Shown here one piece after another: positions 45,965 through 57,680 of a stretch of DNA of 64,000 nucleotides. The position numbers were made by a program, and so were the translations under genes. The notes under the pieces were generated by a model, which saw only the letters and a program-made list of their open reading frames with translations, did no database searches and had not been told where the DNA came from. Source of the stretch: a bacterium (lineage in GTDB: Bacteria; SZUA-182; DTGQ01; JAFGSM01); the NCBI GenBank assembly GCA_049472335.1, contig JBLIRO010000021.1, forward strand, positions 1,766 to 65,765, in the 5' to 3' direction. The first letter of the stretch is position 1, and every line of letters begins with the position of its first letter.

Positions 45965-46201
45965 TTATGGGGTATTGAGCATAGCTCCGTAGGCGTAGAT
46001 TTCTCCCCACCCGTATTCCTGGTCCCAACCGGTTGTCCCAGATCCACCGCGGTACTTTCAAGGATATTTCGCACCTGAAGCAGCGTTAACACAGTCGAGC
46101 TTTTACTTAGAACAAGGGCAGCTACACCCGAGGCCAGTGCACAGGTCTTGAATTGTTAGGTCATAGAAGACAAGGTCAACATCCGGGGAGAAGATATTCA
46201 T
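45965..46201 (-). pseudogene. decayed C-terminal fragment of an S8 peptidase paralogous to 24588-26330
   Basis: The minus strand reads TCALASGVAALVLSKSSTVLTLLQVRNILESTAVDLGQP and then, after a 1-nt frameshift, GWDQEYGWGEIYAYGAMLNTP-stop. The intact gene has ACALAAGVTALVISKSTAVLTPLQVTNILQTTATDLGVVGWDQEYGWGEVYAYGALLNTP-stop. The catalytic Ser box is missing. Confidence 0.65.
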
Positions 46202-46792
46202 AAGCTCATTAAAAAAGTCTTTTTCAATTTTTTTTTGAGACAAGGGAATCCTTTGCCCTTATGAGACATGAAAGGAAAAGATAAAGGAGAGAACATAAAA
46301 TCCAATCCCAAAATAAAGGAGAAGTATTTTTGAAATCAAACAGGAGGAAAGGGGGGAATTTTAATTTAAGTTGAAAAAAATATTTTTTATGGTTATAATT
46401 TAAATAATATAGATTGGTTTTCTAATATCCTAATTCATCTGAAAATTTCTATCGTGCATTTTCATTTTTTTCTTTGTATTTAGGATTCATAATTATTTTA
46501 ATTCAATTTTTACTTCATTGTTTTTTTAATTACTCTTCGAATTGTTTCAAAATTTTCATGAAACTAAGATTTAATCTAATTTAAAAAAGAAGTTCATAAT
46601 CAGGTTAGTAAAGTTTAAAATAGCAAAATTGTCAGGTTTTAACTAAAGCAACTTTATTATTTATGTTTTTAGATATCTAAAATGTATATCATTAATATCT
46701 TATAGCAATCCGTATTAATTTTATTTTAGATAAAATATATATTATTCAGCTTTATATAATGCCAAATTGATCAAAAGAAAGGATTTATTAAC

Positions 46793-48187
46793 ATGCAAAA
46801 AAGAAATATATTAACAAATTATATAAAGTCAACCTTTTTAATTGTTATTAGTTTATTCTTAGGATGTGCTGGTACCTTAAGAAAAGCGCCACTAGAAAAA
46901 CACGACTCGCATTTTATTCTTAGGGAGTATCCAAAACATGGAATTGTATATTTTTATAAAGAGAAAAAAGGTTTAGGTTCTATATATATAAAAGCTAATG
47001 GAAAAAGGATAGGCGCATTGAATAATGGAACATATTTTGTTTATTTAGCAGAACCCGGTCAAAATATATTTTCTGTAGAAGATAATTTGAGAGAATCCCC
47101 TTCACAAACAATAAATATTGAACCTAATAGAGACTATTATTTTCGAGGCAGTATTAAAAGAGGTTTTTGGGACGCTGTACCCTATTTAGAAAGAGTAGGC
47201 GAGATTCTAGGTAGAGGTACCATTTTGGGGTTGACTTATGCAACACTTGAAAAACCACCTGCTTCCACAAATACAATAGAAGCTTATGAAGAATTCTTAA
47301 AGCAATATCCAGCCAGAAATTATATGCAAAAAAAAGAAATAAAATGGTTTATAAGGGGGAAAAAAAATGATAACTCACCAGATTATTTATTTATATTAGA
47401 TAATGGATACTCGTTTAATGGGGAATTGGCAGATGATTTTATTTATCTTATAGATTCCTCAGGGGAGCGAAAAAAGATAAGTTCTAATGATATTATCTCA
47501 ATATATGCAATTGGCTTGGAAACTAAAAGGTTAGAATTGAAAGAAAACAAAATAAAGGGAACTATCATTGGAGAGATTAAAATAAGAACAAAAAAAGGCG
47601 GTTTAATAATCGATCCAAAAAATTTAGCTTTTTACCATTCCCATATAACAAGATCAGCTAACGAAATATCAAGACTAGAAATTATAGAGAATCAAAAAAT
47701 TATGTTTTGGGAGAGCAAAAAGACTTCCGATTCGATAAAAGGCACAATAATACCAGAATATTGGATAAGCAAAGTATTTACATTAAATAATCCACGTTAT
47801 TCACCAATTATTGATGATCCCTTTGAGCCAATAGAATTTTCATTTGACTTTCAAAAACATTCGGATATAAGTGATAATACTTTAATCATATTCCGGATGA
47901 TTATTTTAAAGGAAGGCGGTTTTGGAGGATTTGAAACGTTGGCTTTTGATTATACACCATTATCTATTTCAATAGGAGAAACAAAAAAAATAGACTTAAA
48001 TATAACCCTTGCTTATAAATCATTTACTAAATCGCTTAAGGGAAAGGGATATTTAGAACTGTTTGTTGTTCCCAACGCTGGGACATCTTATAGATTCCTA
48101 ACAGATAAGATTAAGATTTTTAGAACGATTAGTAACGTTCTGAGATTACCCATTGAAATCAAAAATAATAAAAATATAAAATCCTGA
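46793..48187 (+). CDS. putative lipoprotein with DUF2846-like N-terminal domain, function unknown
   Basis: 464 aa. Lipobox-like LFLGC. Visibly AT-rich, Lys/Ile/Asn-rich coding sequence. No catalytic motif. Confidence 0.55.
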   Translation: MQKRNILTNYIKSTFLIVISLFLGCAGTLRKAPLEKHDSHFILREYPKHGIVYFYKEKKGLGSIYIKANGKRIGALNNGTYFVYLAEPGQNIFSVEDNLRESPSQTINIEPNRDYYFRGSIKRGFWDAVPYLERVGEILGRGTILGLTYATLEKPPASTNTIEAYEEFLKQYPARNYMQKKEIKWFIRGKKNDNSPDYLFILDNGYSFNGELADDFIYLIDSSGERKKISSNDIISIYAIGLETKRLELKENKIKGTIIGEIKIRTKKGGLIIDPKNLAFYHSHITRSANEISRLEIIENQKIMFWESKKTSDSIKGTIIPEYWISKVFTLNNPRYSPIIDDPFEPIEFSFDFQKHSDISDNTLIIFRMIILKEGGFGGFETLAFDYTPLSISIGETKKIDLNITLAYKSFTKSLKGKGYLELFVVPNAGTSYRFLTDKIKIFRTISNVLRLPIEIKNNKNIKS

Positions 48188-48341
48188 AATTAAAAAAAGC
48201 TATCAATTTCGCAGAGGTTAAGGATCTTGTCCTTCTCTTTCAAGTATCAAAGGAGAAGAGGTTTTGGGGGAATAGGATAGATGTTCGGTTTATTTAAAGC
48301 CTTATCAGGCCAAAAATATAATATTAAAAAGGTAAAATAAA

Positions 48342-48947
48342 ATGTTTTATTTCATAATGGGTGTGTTTATAATTGCTATTATTGCAACTTTTATTATATT
48401 GATCCGCCTGATGATTAGTAGTGAAGACCAAAAAGAGCCGATTGAGCCCAAAAACGAACAACAACAAGAAGATAATATTGAAGAAGATGTCTTTCAAGCA
48501 GGGGTAGCTAATAAATGCCCTTGCTGTGATTCAGAAAATCTTGAATTAAACCCAAAATGCGACTGTGGTTACGATTTTACAACAGAAAAAGTTCAAGAAC
48601 CATATATAAAGTTTGATGCTCTCATTAATATTGATAATTTAAAAAATGTAAAATTAAGAGAAGATTATAATAATATAGATTCTTCTAAATGTCTTATAAT
48701 TAAATGTAAAAAATGTGGAAATAAAAATACTTATTGTATCACATCTAAAGAAGATATATGTAAGATTCCTCTCACTGCCGGTGTTAGAATTATTAAAAGA
48801 CTAATGCCAGGCACTCTACTTCCACTTATAGTAACTCTCTTTATAAGCACTATACTAGCGAAGCTCCGCCTCAAACCGACAAGGTTAAAGACTGCTTTTC
48901 TGGCGGAGCTTCTCGATGCTGGCTTCTTGATGCTAGATACTGGATAA
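48342..48947 (+). CDS. membrane protein with two zinc-ribbon-like CxxC pairs, function unknown
   Basis: 201 aa with an N-terminal TM helix. CPCCDSENLELNPKCDC and CKKCGNKNTYC. The 3' end overlaps a long hairpin and a dispersed repeat, so the C-terminus is uncertain. Confidence 0.45.
   Translation: MFYFIMGVFIIAIIATFIILIRLMISSEDQKEPIEPKNEQQQEDNIEEDVFQAGVANKCPCCDSENLELNPKCDCGYDFTTEKVQEPYIKFDALINIDNLKNVKLREDYNNIDSSKCLIIKCKKCGNKNTYCITSKEDICKIPLTAGVRIIKRLMPGTLLPLIVTLFISTILAKLRLKPTRLKTAFLAELLDAGFLMLDTG
48855..48880 (+). repeat. 26-nt dispersed direct repeat, copy 2 (CTAGCGAAGCTCCGCCTCAAACCGAC)
   Basis: 24/26 identical to 37167-37192. Confidence 0.7.
48860..48912 (+). other. 11-bp perfect inverted repeat (GAAGCTCCGCC ... 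GGCGGAGCTTC) with a 31-nt loop
   Basis: Read directly. The 5' arm lies inside repeat copy 2. Confidence 0.6.
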
Positions 48948-49078
48948 ATACAAATAAAAAATATTCCTTGATTTGCTAGAATCCAGAGACTAGAAACCAG
49001 CATCGGTTCCATTTCACCTTAAATTAATCGCTAAAAACTTGATCATTTGTTAAGTTTTTAGTCTATAAAGGACAACTA

Positions 49079-49108
49079 GAGCCGCCCCACGAAAGAGTAA
49101 GGCGGCTC
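49079..49108. terminator. hairpin between convergent genes (possible bidirectional terminator)
   Basis: GAGCCGCC (49079-49086) pairs with GGCGGCTC (49101-49108), with a 14-nt loop. U-tracts are weak on both strands. Confidence 0.35.
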
Positions 49109-49201
49109 GAAGAGTATACAATTATGGGGAAAGATAACCCTCATTGATAAATATTTCAATCAATTGGGGGTGCATCTTAAACAATCTGCCGAATGTAATC
49201 A

Positions 49202-50524
49202 TCATTCAAGGGCATCAACAACTGCAGGCACTGTTAATCCCGGTTGCAAGGATATCCTGCATGACGGCTGCACCGCCACGGGAGACAACATGGGTGATAG
49301 TGATACCTCACCAATGGAACGCCTGCCCATATATCCGGAGCCCGATTTGAAATAACATATTTTCGCCTCAGTCATGGCATTCTGGCATCGCCCGAGTATA
49401 CCCCTGGCGCTGGCAAGGAGATAGCACGGCGGGAATATGGGGAAAGAGACCTTTATGGCCTCCAGACAGCAGTCAAATGCTTTGAGCTCATTCCGGGCAT
49501 ATCTAAGCTCCATAAGAGTTTTGCTTATTACGAGACCATAACCCCATGGGGGGTATTGCCATTCTCCACCTCCCGGGTCTGGCAACAGGACGCCTCCGAT
49601 TTTCTCCGCGCGGCGAAGCCCCTTTTGTGCATCTGTAACGATATGGTCCAGTGTTTGTCCAACGGCCTGCAATAAGGGAATCATCACATCAGGGTCCCAA
49701 TATTGGTCAGGGAAAGATTTATCAAGTGCCATCATCAGTGTTGTATAGCCTAAATCCTTTTTTCCTGCAAGAAATTGAAGGCGCGCGGTCCTTACCAGAC
49801 CAGGTCCCACCGGATCAGGCATGCTGGTCTTAAATATCTCCAGCAATTGACCCAATGCACGGGCAACCTCAGGGGTGAGCGTCCTCATGGCCATATTCGC
49901 CAGGGAAAGCCGCGCCTCAGCGGCAAGAGTGGCGGCAAAGGCATCCTGCTTCATCTCATACGCCTTCTCAACTGCATTAATGAGATGACCGGCCATGGGA
50001 ATATAGATATTATGCCGGTTGACTTCCGAGGAAAGCCCTGCAAGGATCTCTTCAAGTTTCTCTATCTCCTTGCCGAGAGGATCGCCGCACCTGCCGTCAT
50101 CCTCGCTCAGGGAAGAAAGATAGGGGATGGGTGGAAAGGCAGAGTCATTCCATTCGATGTGGCCTATAAACCAGGCATTCGGGAAATCGCCCTCCTGATC
50201 GAGGGCCACGATGACATTGATACACAAATCTGTTCCCACAGCCCCGGGGGGCGTCTTTGCCATGCAAAGGCATGAATCGCTGGTTGCCTCTGATACATCA
50301 GGTTTATCCTTAAGAAGGAGCACACCCCGCTGATAATATTTGAAGACCACGTCTCCGGTTTGCATCGGTCTGTCAATAGGTAGCTCCACCTTGATGTGGA
50401 AGCCCGGGGGACCTTCTATGATAGAGATGGATGCGGTATATGCAGAGACGGGACACGGGATAAGGGCTGTAACCATAAGCAGGCAGAAAGTAGATAATAA
50501 AATGGATACAGGTCTTGTTTTCAT
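49202..50524 (-). CDS. secreted hypothetical protein
   Basis: 440 aa. Signal peptide ending VSA-YTAS. Visibly more GC-rich than its neighbours. No motif recognised. A long antisense ORF (49775-50275) is judged spurious. Confidence 0.55.
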   Translation of the reverse strand: MKTRPVSILLSTFCLLMVTALIPCPVSAYTASISIIEGPPGFHIKVELPIDRPMQTGDVVFKYYQRGVLLLKDKPDVSEATSDSCLCMAKTPPGAVGTDLCINVIVALDQEGDFPNAWFIGHIEWNDSAFPPIPYLSSLSEDDGRCGDPLGKEIEKLEEILAGLSSEVNRHNIYIPMAGHLINAVEKAYEMKQDAFAATLAAEARLSLANMAMRTLTPEVARALGQLLEIFKTSMPDPVGPGLVRTARLQFLAGKKDLGYTTLMMALDKSFPDQYWDPDVMIPLLQAVGQTLDHIVTDAQKGLRRAEKIGGVLLPDPGGGEWQYPPWGYGLVISKTLMELRYARNELKAFDCCLEAIKVSFPIFPPCYLLASARGILGRCQNAMTEAKICYFKSGSGYMGRRSIGEVSLSPMLSPVAVQPSCRISLQPGLTVPAVVDALE

Positions 50525-50953
50525 TCTCTTTCTCCTTTTTATTTATTGATTTATGAATGTTATAAATGTGTAAATAGACCACGGGCAATGATTCATGGAC
50601 ATGTCTCCATATATCACCCCCTTTCCGGTTGTCCTTTATAAACAAGAAACTTAACAAATGGTCAGGTTTTTACCTATTATCCTGGTGCGAAATGGAAACG
50701 ATATTGAAATCCTCATGAGACGTCAAAGAAGCTTCACGGACAAGACGCGTAGATGATTTTGGCTGAAGGAATATTGGAATATTATAATGTCAAAATCGCT
50801 GTTTTTTATTTTTATCATATCAAAAAATTTTGTCAAGAATGATATCGGTCCGAAGATAGACACAGAGACCGGACAATAAAATTTGCCCTGATCGAAGCAT
50901 ACAACCATTTTTTTATCGGTTCCAAGTCTGTTTTTACATAGTTGCTATTTCAA

Positions 50954-50982
50954 TTGACAAAATTTATAAGTATTGATATATT
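50954..50982 (+). promoter_or_regulatory. sigma70-type promoter candidate (TTGACA-17 nt-TATATT) with a ~320-nt leader before metK
   Basis: TTGACA at 50954-50959 and TATATT at 50977-50982. Confidence 0.35.
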
Positions 50983-51309
50983 TAGCATTGTTTTATGATT
51001 AAAAAAGATTTTTAGAGACTGAAAAAGCGGTTCTGTTTGATTATACATCTTCGCCAGGATAGCGCTCAAAACCTTGGAATTGGGCCTTATGACTAGAATC
51101 ATCTTTTTGGATCGGTCATTTTCAATCCATCTAATAGTCTTCTAAGAACCTTCAAACTTTGAAATACCGTAAGAAGATATCAGGCGCGTAATATCTTCCA
51201 CAGGCCATTTCGAAGTATAAGTGCTCTTAAAGATAAGGATTTTTCCCCGGAAATTAAGAAAACTATTTTGAAAACCAGACATTTAAAATGAAAACTGGAG
51301 GATGTTCAG

Positions 51310-52461
51310 ATGCATAAAAAGGATTATCTTTTTACCTCGGAATCAGTCACAGAAGGCCATCCTGATAAGATGTCAGATCAGATCTCGGATGCAATTTTAG
51401 ACAGTATTATGGCCCGGGACCCCCTGGGAAGGGTTGCATGTGAAACACTTGTTACAACTGGTTTGGCGCTTGTCAGCGGAGAGATCACCACAAGCTGTTA
51501 TGTGGATATACCGAAGATTGTGAGGGAAGTGGTTAAGGAGATCGGATATACGGATGCAAATTATGGTTTTGATTATGAAACATGTGCAATATTGACATCC
51601 ATAGATGAGCAGTCAAGGGATATTGCACAGGGAGTGGATATCGGAGGAGCCGGAGACCAGGGCTTGATGTTCGGCTATGCCTGCACGGAGACAGAAGAGC
51701 TTATGCCCATGCCGATTCTATTGGCTCACAAACTGACTAAAAGGCTAAGCGTGGTCAGGCGCAACGGGGCACTCCCCTTTTTAAGGCCTGATGGCAAATC
51801 CCAGGTAACCATCGAATATATTAATCTAAAACCGTCCCGTGTCGATAGCATTGTGGTTTCGGCACAGCATAATCCTGATGTATCCATTGAGGACCTTAGA
51901 AAGGGGATCATAGAAGAGGTGATCCGTCCGGTAATCCCGGAACACCTCATTAATAGTGAAACAGCTTTTCATATCAATCCCACAGGCAGATTCGTGACAG
52001 GGGGCCCTCAGGGGGACTGCGGTATGACAGGCAGGAAGATTATAGTGGATACCTATGGCGGGGTTGGAAGCCATGGCGGTGGGGCCTTTTCCGGCAAAGA
52101 TCCTACCAAGGTGGATAGGTCCGCATCCTATATGGCGCGTTATATAGCAAAAAACATTGTTGCTGCGGGTATAGCAGAGCGATGCGAGATTCAGCTTGCT
52201 TATGCCATTGGGGTTGCCGAGCCTGTCTCCATAATGGTAGATACATTTGGGACAGGTAAGATCTCTTTGGCCAAAATCAGGGACCTTATCAGAGACAATT
52301 TTAATCTCACTCCGAAAGGTATCATTGACAGCCTCGATCTTCGCAGGCCAATCTTTAAAAAGACCGCTGCTTATGGTCACTTTGGACGTAATGATCCTGA
52401 TTTTACATGGGAGAAGACAGATATGGCTGATAAGCTTCTTAAAGAGGCAGGCTTGGACTAA
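51310..52461 (+). CDS. metK: S-adenosylmethionine synthetase
   Basis: 383 aa. [28 protein letters not shown] and [16 protein letters not shown]. Confidence 0.97.
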   Translation: MHKKDYLFTSESVTEGHPDKMSDQISDAILDSIMARDPLGRVACETLVTTGLALVSGEITTSCYVDIPKIVREVVKEIGYTDANYGFDYETCAILTSIDEQSRDIAQGVDIGGAGDQGLMFGYACTETEELMPMPILLAHKLTKRLSVVRRNGALPFLRPDGKSQVTIEYINLKPSRVDSIVVSAQHNPDVSIEDLRKGIIEEVIRPVIPEHLINSETAFHINPTGRFVTGGPQGDCGMTGRKIIVDTYGGVGSHGGGAFSGKDPTKVDRSASYMARYIAKNIVAAGIAERCEIQLAYAIGVAEPVSIMVDTFGTGKISLAKIRDLIRDNFNLTPKGIIDSLDLRRPIFKKTAAYGHFGRNDPDFTWEKTDMADKLLKEAGLD

Positions 52462-52479
52462 AAAGAGGAGGTGAATTAA

Positions 52480-54326
<1,847 letters not shown>

Positions 54327-54793
54327 GAGCATTATATTTTTTCATATTTTAACATTTTTTGGTTCTGCAAAAGCAGATACCCTTTTAAAGAAAGTTGAGA
54401 AAGAATCCCTTGAGAGCCCAATTACAATTACATCTCAAAAGGTGGATTTTGACAACCAGAAACAGGAAGCGATATATTCTGGTGAAGTCAAGGTGGTCAA
54501 AGGGGATATAATACTTACCGCAGATACTATAAGAGTGCTTTTTAGGGGAAAAGATCAGAGTGTCAAATTGATTCAAGCAGATGGCCGAGTAAGAATCTGG
54601 TGGAAGGATAGATATGCGGAGGCTGAAAAAGGGATTTACGATGATCAATCGCAAACCCTGATTCTCACAGGTTCTCCTAAGACCTGGCAAGATGAGAATA
54701 TGGTGAAAGGAGATAAGATATCTTATAATCTGGCAGATGACAGGGTTGTGGTGGAAGGTAGTGTTGAGACCGTTATAAAGATGGACCCGGGTA

Positions 54794-55555
54794 TTGCGGA
54801 AAAGGTTAAACCTTGATATGGTCCAGGATTTTAACCATGCATTGGAGGTGCAGGAACTTGTTAAATCTTTCCATTATAAGGAGGTGGTGCACACGGTTTC
54901 TCTCCTGGTAAGGCGGGGAGAGGTTGTGGGCCTTTTAGGGCCAAACGGGGCAGGGAAAACGACGATTTTCAAGATCATAGTTGGTTTGATCAGGCCGGAT
55001 CAGGGTAAAGTCTATTTGAATAAAAAGGATATTGCCCGGGAACCCATGTTTAAAAGGGCCAGGATGGGGCTGGGATATTTACCTCAAGAGCCTTCGGTCT
55101 TTAGAAAATTATCCGTCGAGGACAACTTAAAGGTAGTTTTAGAGGGACTACCTTTAGACCGTTCAGAAAGAAAAGTGAGATTGGAAAATATTCTTCAAGA
55201 ATTAGATTTAGATCATTTGAAGGACCAAAGAGCAGATACCCTCTCAGGTGGAGAAAGGAGAAGGCTTGAAATTGCAAGGGCCCTTGTACCTGAGCCTTTA
55301 TTTATGTTGCTTGATGAACCTTTTGTTGGTATAGATCCAAAGGCTGTAGGGAGTATACAGGATATCGTCGGCAGGCTCAAGAAGAAGGGATTCGGGGTGA
55401 TTATAACCGATCACAATGTAAGGGAGACACTGGCAATTACAGATAGATCATACATAATCTTCGAAGGGAAGGTGCTTATAGAAGGCACCTCTTCAGAGCT
55501 GGTAACAGACGAAAGGGCTCGAGAGGTTTATTTAGGAGAAAGATTTAAACTTTGA
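54794..55555 (+). CDS. lptB: LPS export ABC transporter ATP-binding protein LptB
   Basis: 253 aa. GPNGAGKTT, LSGGERRRLEIARAL and LLDEPF. Confidence 0.92.
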   Translation: MRKRLNLDMVQDFNHALEVQELVKSFHYKEVVHTVSLLVRRGEVVGLLGPNGAGKTTIFKIIVGLIRPDQGKVYLNKKDIAREPMFKRARMGLGYLPQEPSVFRKLSVEDNLKVVLEGLPLDRSERKVRLENILQELDLDHLKDQRADTLSGGERRRLEIARALVPEPLFMLLDEPFVGIDPKAVGSIQDIVGRLKKKGFGVIITDHNVRETLAITDRSYIIFEGKVLIEGTSSELVTDERAREVYLGERFKL

Positions 55556-55669
55556 TCAATTAGAAAGGTGACTGTTGACAAAAGACTTGTATTATGTTAT
55601 TGTTAATAATGATATTATAGAATTAATTTTGTTTTACTGACCTATCTTGATTGTTGAAAGGAGGTCCAA

Positions 55670-55945
55670 ATGACCAAGGCTGATTTGGTGATGGAGGTTG
55701 CCAAACAGACATCTCTGACTAAAAAAGAATCGGAAACGGTCATAAAAACCATATTTGGAAGCATCAGCGAGGCGCTAGGTGCAGGTGACAAGGTTGAATT
55801 ACGTGGATTTGGGAGTTTTAGGGTCCGGGGTCGCAAATCCAGACAGGGAAGGAATCCAAAAACAGGCGATACCGTTAAGGTGCCAGCCAAAAAGGTCCCT
55901 TTTTTCAAGGCAGGAAAAGAATTAAGGGCCTTGGTTGACTATTGA
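55670..55945 (+). CDS. HU/IHF-family DNA-bending protein (IHF-beta-like)
   Basis: 91 aa. VELRGFGSFRVRGRKSRQGRNPKTGDTVKVPAKKVPFFKAGKELR. Confidence 0.85.
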   Translation: MTKADLVMEVAKQTSLTKKESETVIKTIFGSISEALGAGDKVELRGFGSFRVRGRKSRQGRNPKTGDTVKVPAKKVPFFKAGKELRALVDY

Positions 55946-56082
55946 TTGATTAGAAAACAGAGCCTGTAAATAAACAGGGAAAGGCTCACATAATGGTGAA
56001 GTTAAAACACTTCCTCCATTATAAATGGTCTGGACTAAAAAATCATTATCTTGGATTGTTTGCAGATTAAAAGGGGACTACT

Positions 56083-57552
56083 ATGGGCTTAGAGATGAAA
56101 CAAACACTGAGCATGAAATTGACCCAGAGGTTAATGATGACTCCTATGTTGCAGCAGTCCATAAAACTGCTTCAGTTATCCAAGTTGGAGTTGACTCAGT
56201 TGGTGCATCAAGAACTTCAGGAAAATCCTCTTTTAGAAGAGGTGCAATCCGAAATTCAAGAGACCGTACAAGAGGAAGAACCATTTGAATGGGATAAGAA
56301 TTCGATTAAGCCTGAAGATATTAAATTGAGTGATGCAGAACGAATTTACGATTCGAATGAGGATTTTGACTGGGAGGGTTTCTTAGACGATACTGTTGAT
56401 ACGGGATATTATTCTCAGTCCGAAGAAAAAGAGGTACCGCCCCTGGAAAATATCCTGACCAGACCACAATCTTTACAAAATTACCTTTTATGGCAGTTAA
56501 GGATGTCCCTGGCCGACGACAAGGAATTTTGGGTCGGTGAGTTCATAATAGGCAATATTGATGAAAATGGTTATTTAAGGGAAAGCCTGGATGAGATTTC
56601 AAAGGAGCTATCCGTACCCGAAGAATTGACTGAAAAGGTATTGAAATTGATACAAGGATTCGATCCTTTGGGTGTTGGCGCGAGGAACCCTCAGGAATGT
56701 TTGCTCCTTCAAATAACTGAAGATGATCCAGAAAAAAAAGCCCTTCTTGTAAGTATTATTCAGAACCATCTTCACCATTTAGAGTCAAAGGAATATTCAG
56801 CCATCGCAAAGGATCTGGGGCTGAGTATAGAGAAGGTAATAGAGCTTGCAAAAATTATCCTGAGTTACGATCCGAAACCCGGAAGAAAGTTTGATCCTGA
56901 AGCATCTTTTTACATTGTTCCGGATGTTTTCGTCTATAAAGTCGACGATGAATATGTTCTCAGTCTTAATGATGAAGGTTTGCCTCAGTTGAGAGTCAGC
57001 AATGCATATAGACGAATATTAAGGAATGCTCACAGGGTGCCTGATCAGACAAGAAAATATGTAGAAGAGAAACTCAGGTCCGCTGTATGGCTTATAAAAA
57101 GTATCCAACAGAGACAGAGAACCCTTTTTAATGTGGCATCCAGTATTGTTAGATTTCAGCGGGAATTTCTTGATAAGGGACTTGCCTATCTTAGACCTCT
57201 GACTTTGATGGATGTAGCTAACGATGTTTCAATGCACGAATCAACCATAAGCCGGGTTACAACAAATAAGTATATTTACACCCCAAGGGGTATTTTTGAG
57301 CTGAAATTCTTTTTCAATCCTGGTTTTAAAAGGGCTCAGGGTGATTATATCTCCTCCGTCAGGGTAAAAGAACTGATTAAAGAGATGATTAAGAATGAAG
57401 ATAGCAGGAAACCATTCAGTGACAAGCAGATTTTACAGATGCTCAAACAAAGGGGAATCAATATCGCGAGGAGAACGATTGCCAAGTACCGTGATGAGCT
57501 TAATATTCTCCCATCACAACGCAGAAAGGTACTCTATCCAAATCATCCATAA
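56083..57552 (+). CDS. rpoN: RNA polymerase sigma-54 factor
   Basis: 489 aa. N-terminal MKQTLSMKLTQRLMMTPMLQQSIKLLQLS, an HTH, and the RpoN box ARRTIAKYR. Confidence 0.95.
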   Translation: MGLEMKQTLSMKLTQRLMMTPMLQQSIKLLQLSKLELTQLVHQELQENPLLEEVQSEIQETVQEEEPFEWDKNSIKPEDIKLSDAERIYDSNEDFDWEGFLDDTVDTGYYSQSEEKEVPPLENILTRPQSLQNYLLWQLRMSLADDKEFWVGEFIIGNIDENGYLRESLDEISKELSVPEELTEKVLKLIQGFDPLGVGARNPQECLLLQITEDDPEKKALLVSIIQNHLHHLESKEYSAIAKDLGLSIEKVIELAKIILSYDPKPGRKFDPEASFYIVPDVFVYKVDDEYVLSLNDEGLPQLRVSNAYRRILRNAHRVPDQTRKYVEEKLRSAVWLIKSIQQRQRTLFNVASSIVRFQREFLDKGLAYLRPLTLMDVANDVSMHESTISRVTTNKYIYTPRGIFELKFFFNPGFKRAQGDYISSVRVKELIKEMIKNEDSRKPFSDKQILQMLKQRGINIARRTIAKYRDELNILPSQRRKVLYPNHP

Positions 57553-57680
57553 AAGAGCCCCTTTTGCCTTGATTAAAAAGATTATTAATTATAAGCCAGC
57601 CTGGATTATGAACAACAGGTTAACAGATGTGGAATAAACTGGGTGCGGAAATTTTCTGTGATCCCTTCTTGCTATTTACC

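Noticed and set aside
49775-50275. 166-aa plus-strand ORF inside 49202-50524
   Set aside because: It is antisense to a longer ORF that has a clear signal peptide. It is Arg/Gly-rich, as expected for the reverse frame of a GC-rich gene. The strand choice is still not proven.
6266-51309. Prophage, integrative element, transposon or defence island
   Set aside because: No integrase, transposase, recombinase, phage structural gene or recognisable defence-system gene was found in any frame. Only eroded TA fragments and short repeats were seen.
56025-56288. 87-aa ORF overlapping the rpoN start
   Set aside because: It is in a different frame from rpoN. The rpoN N-terminus, with its conserved region I, starts at 56083 after an RBS-like GGGGA.
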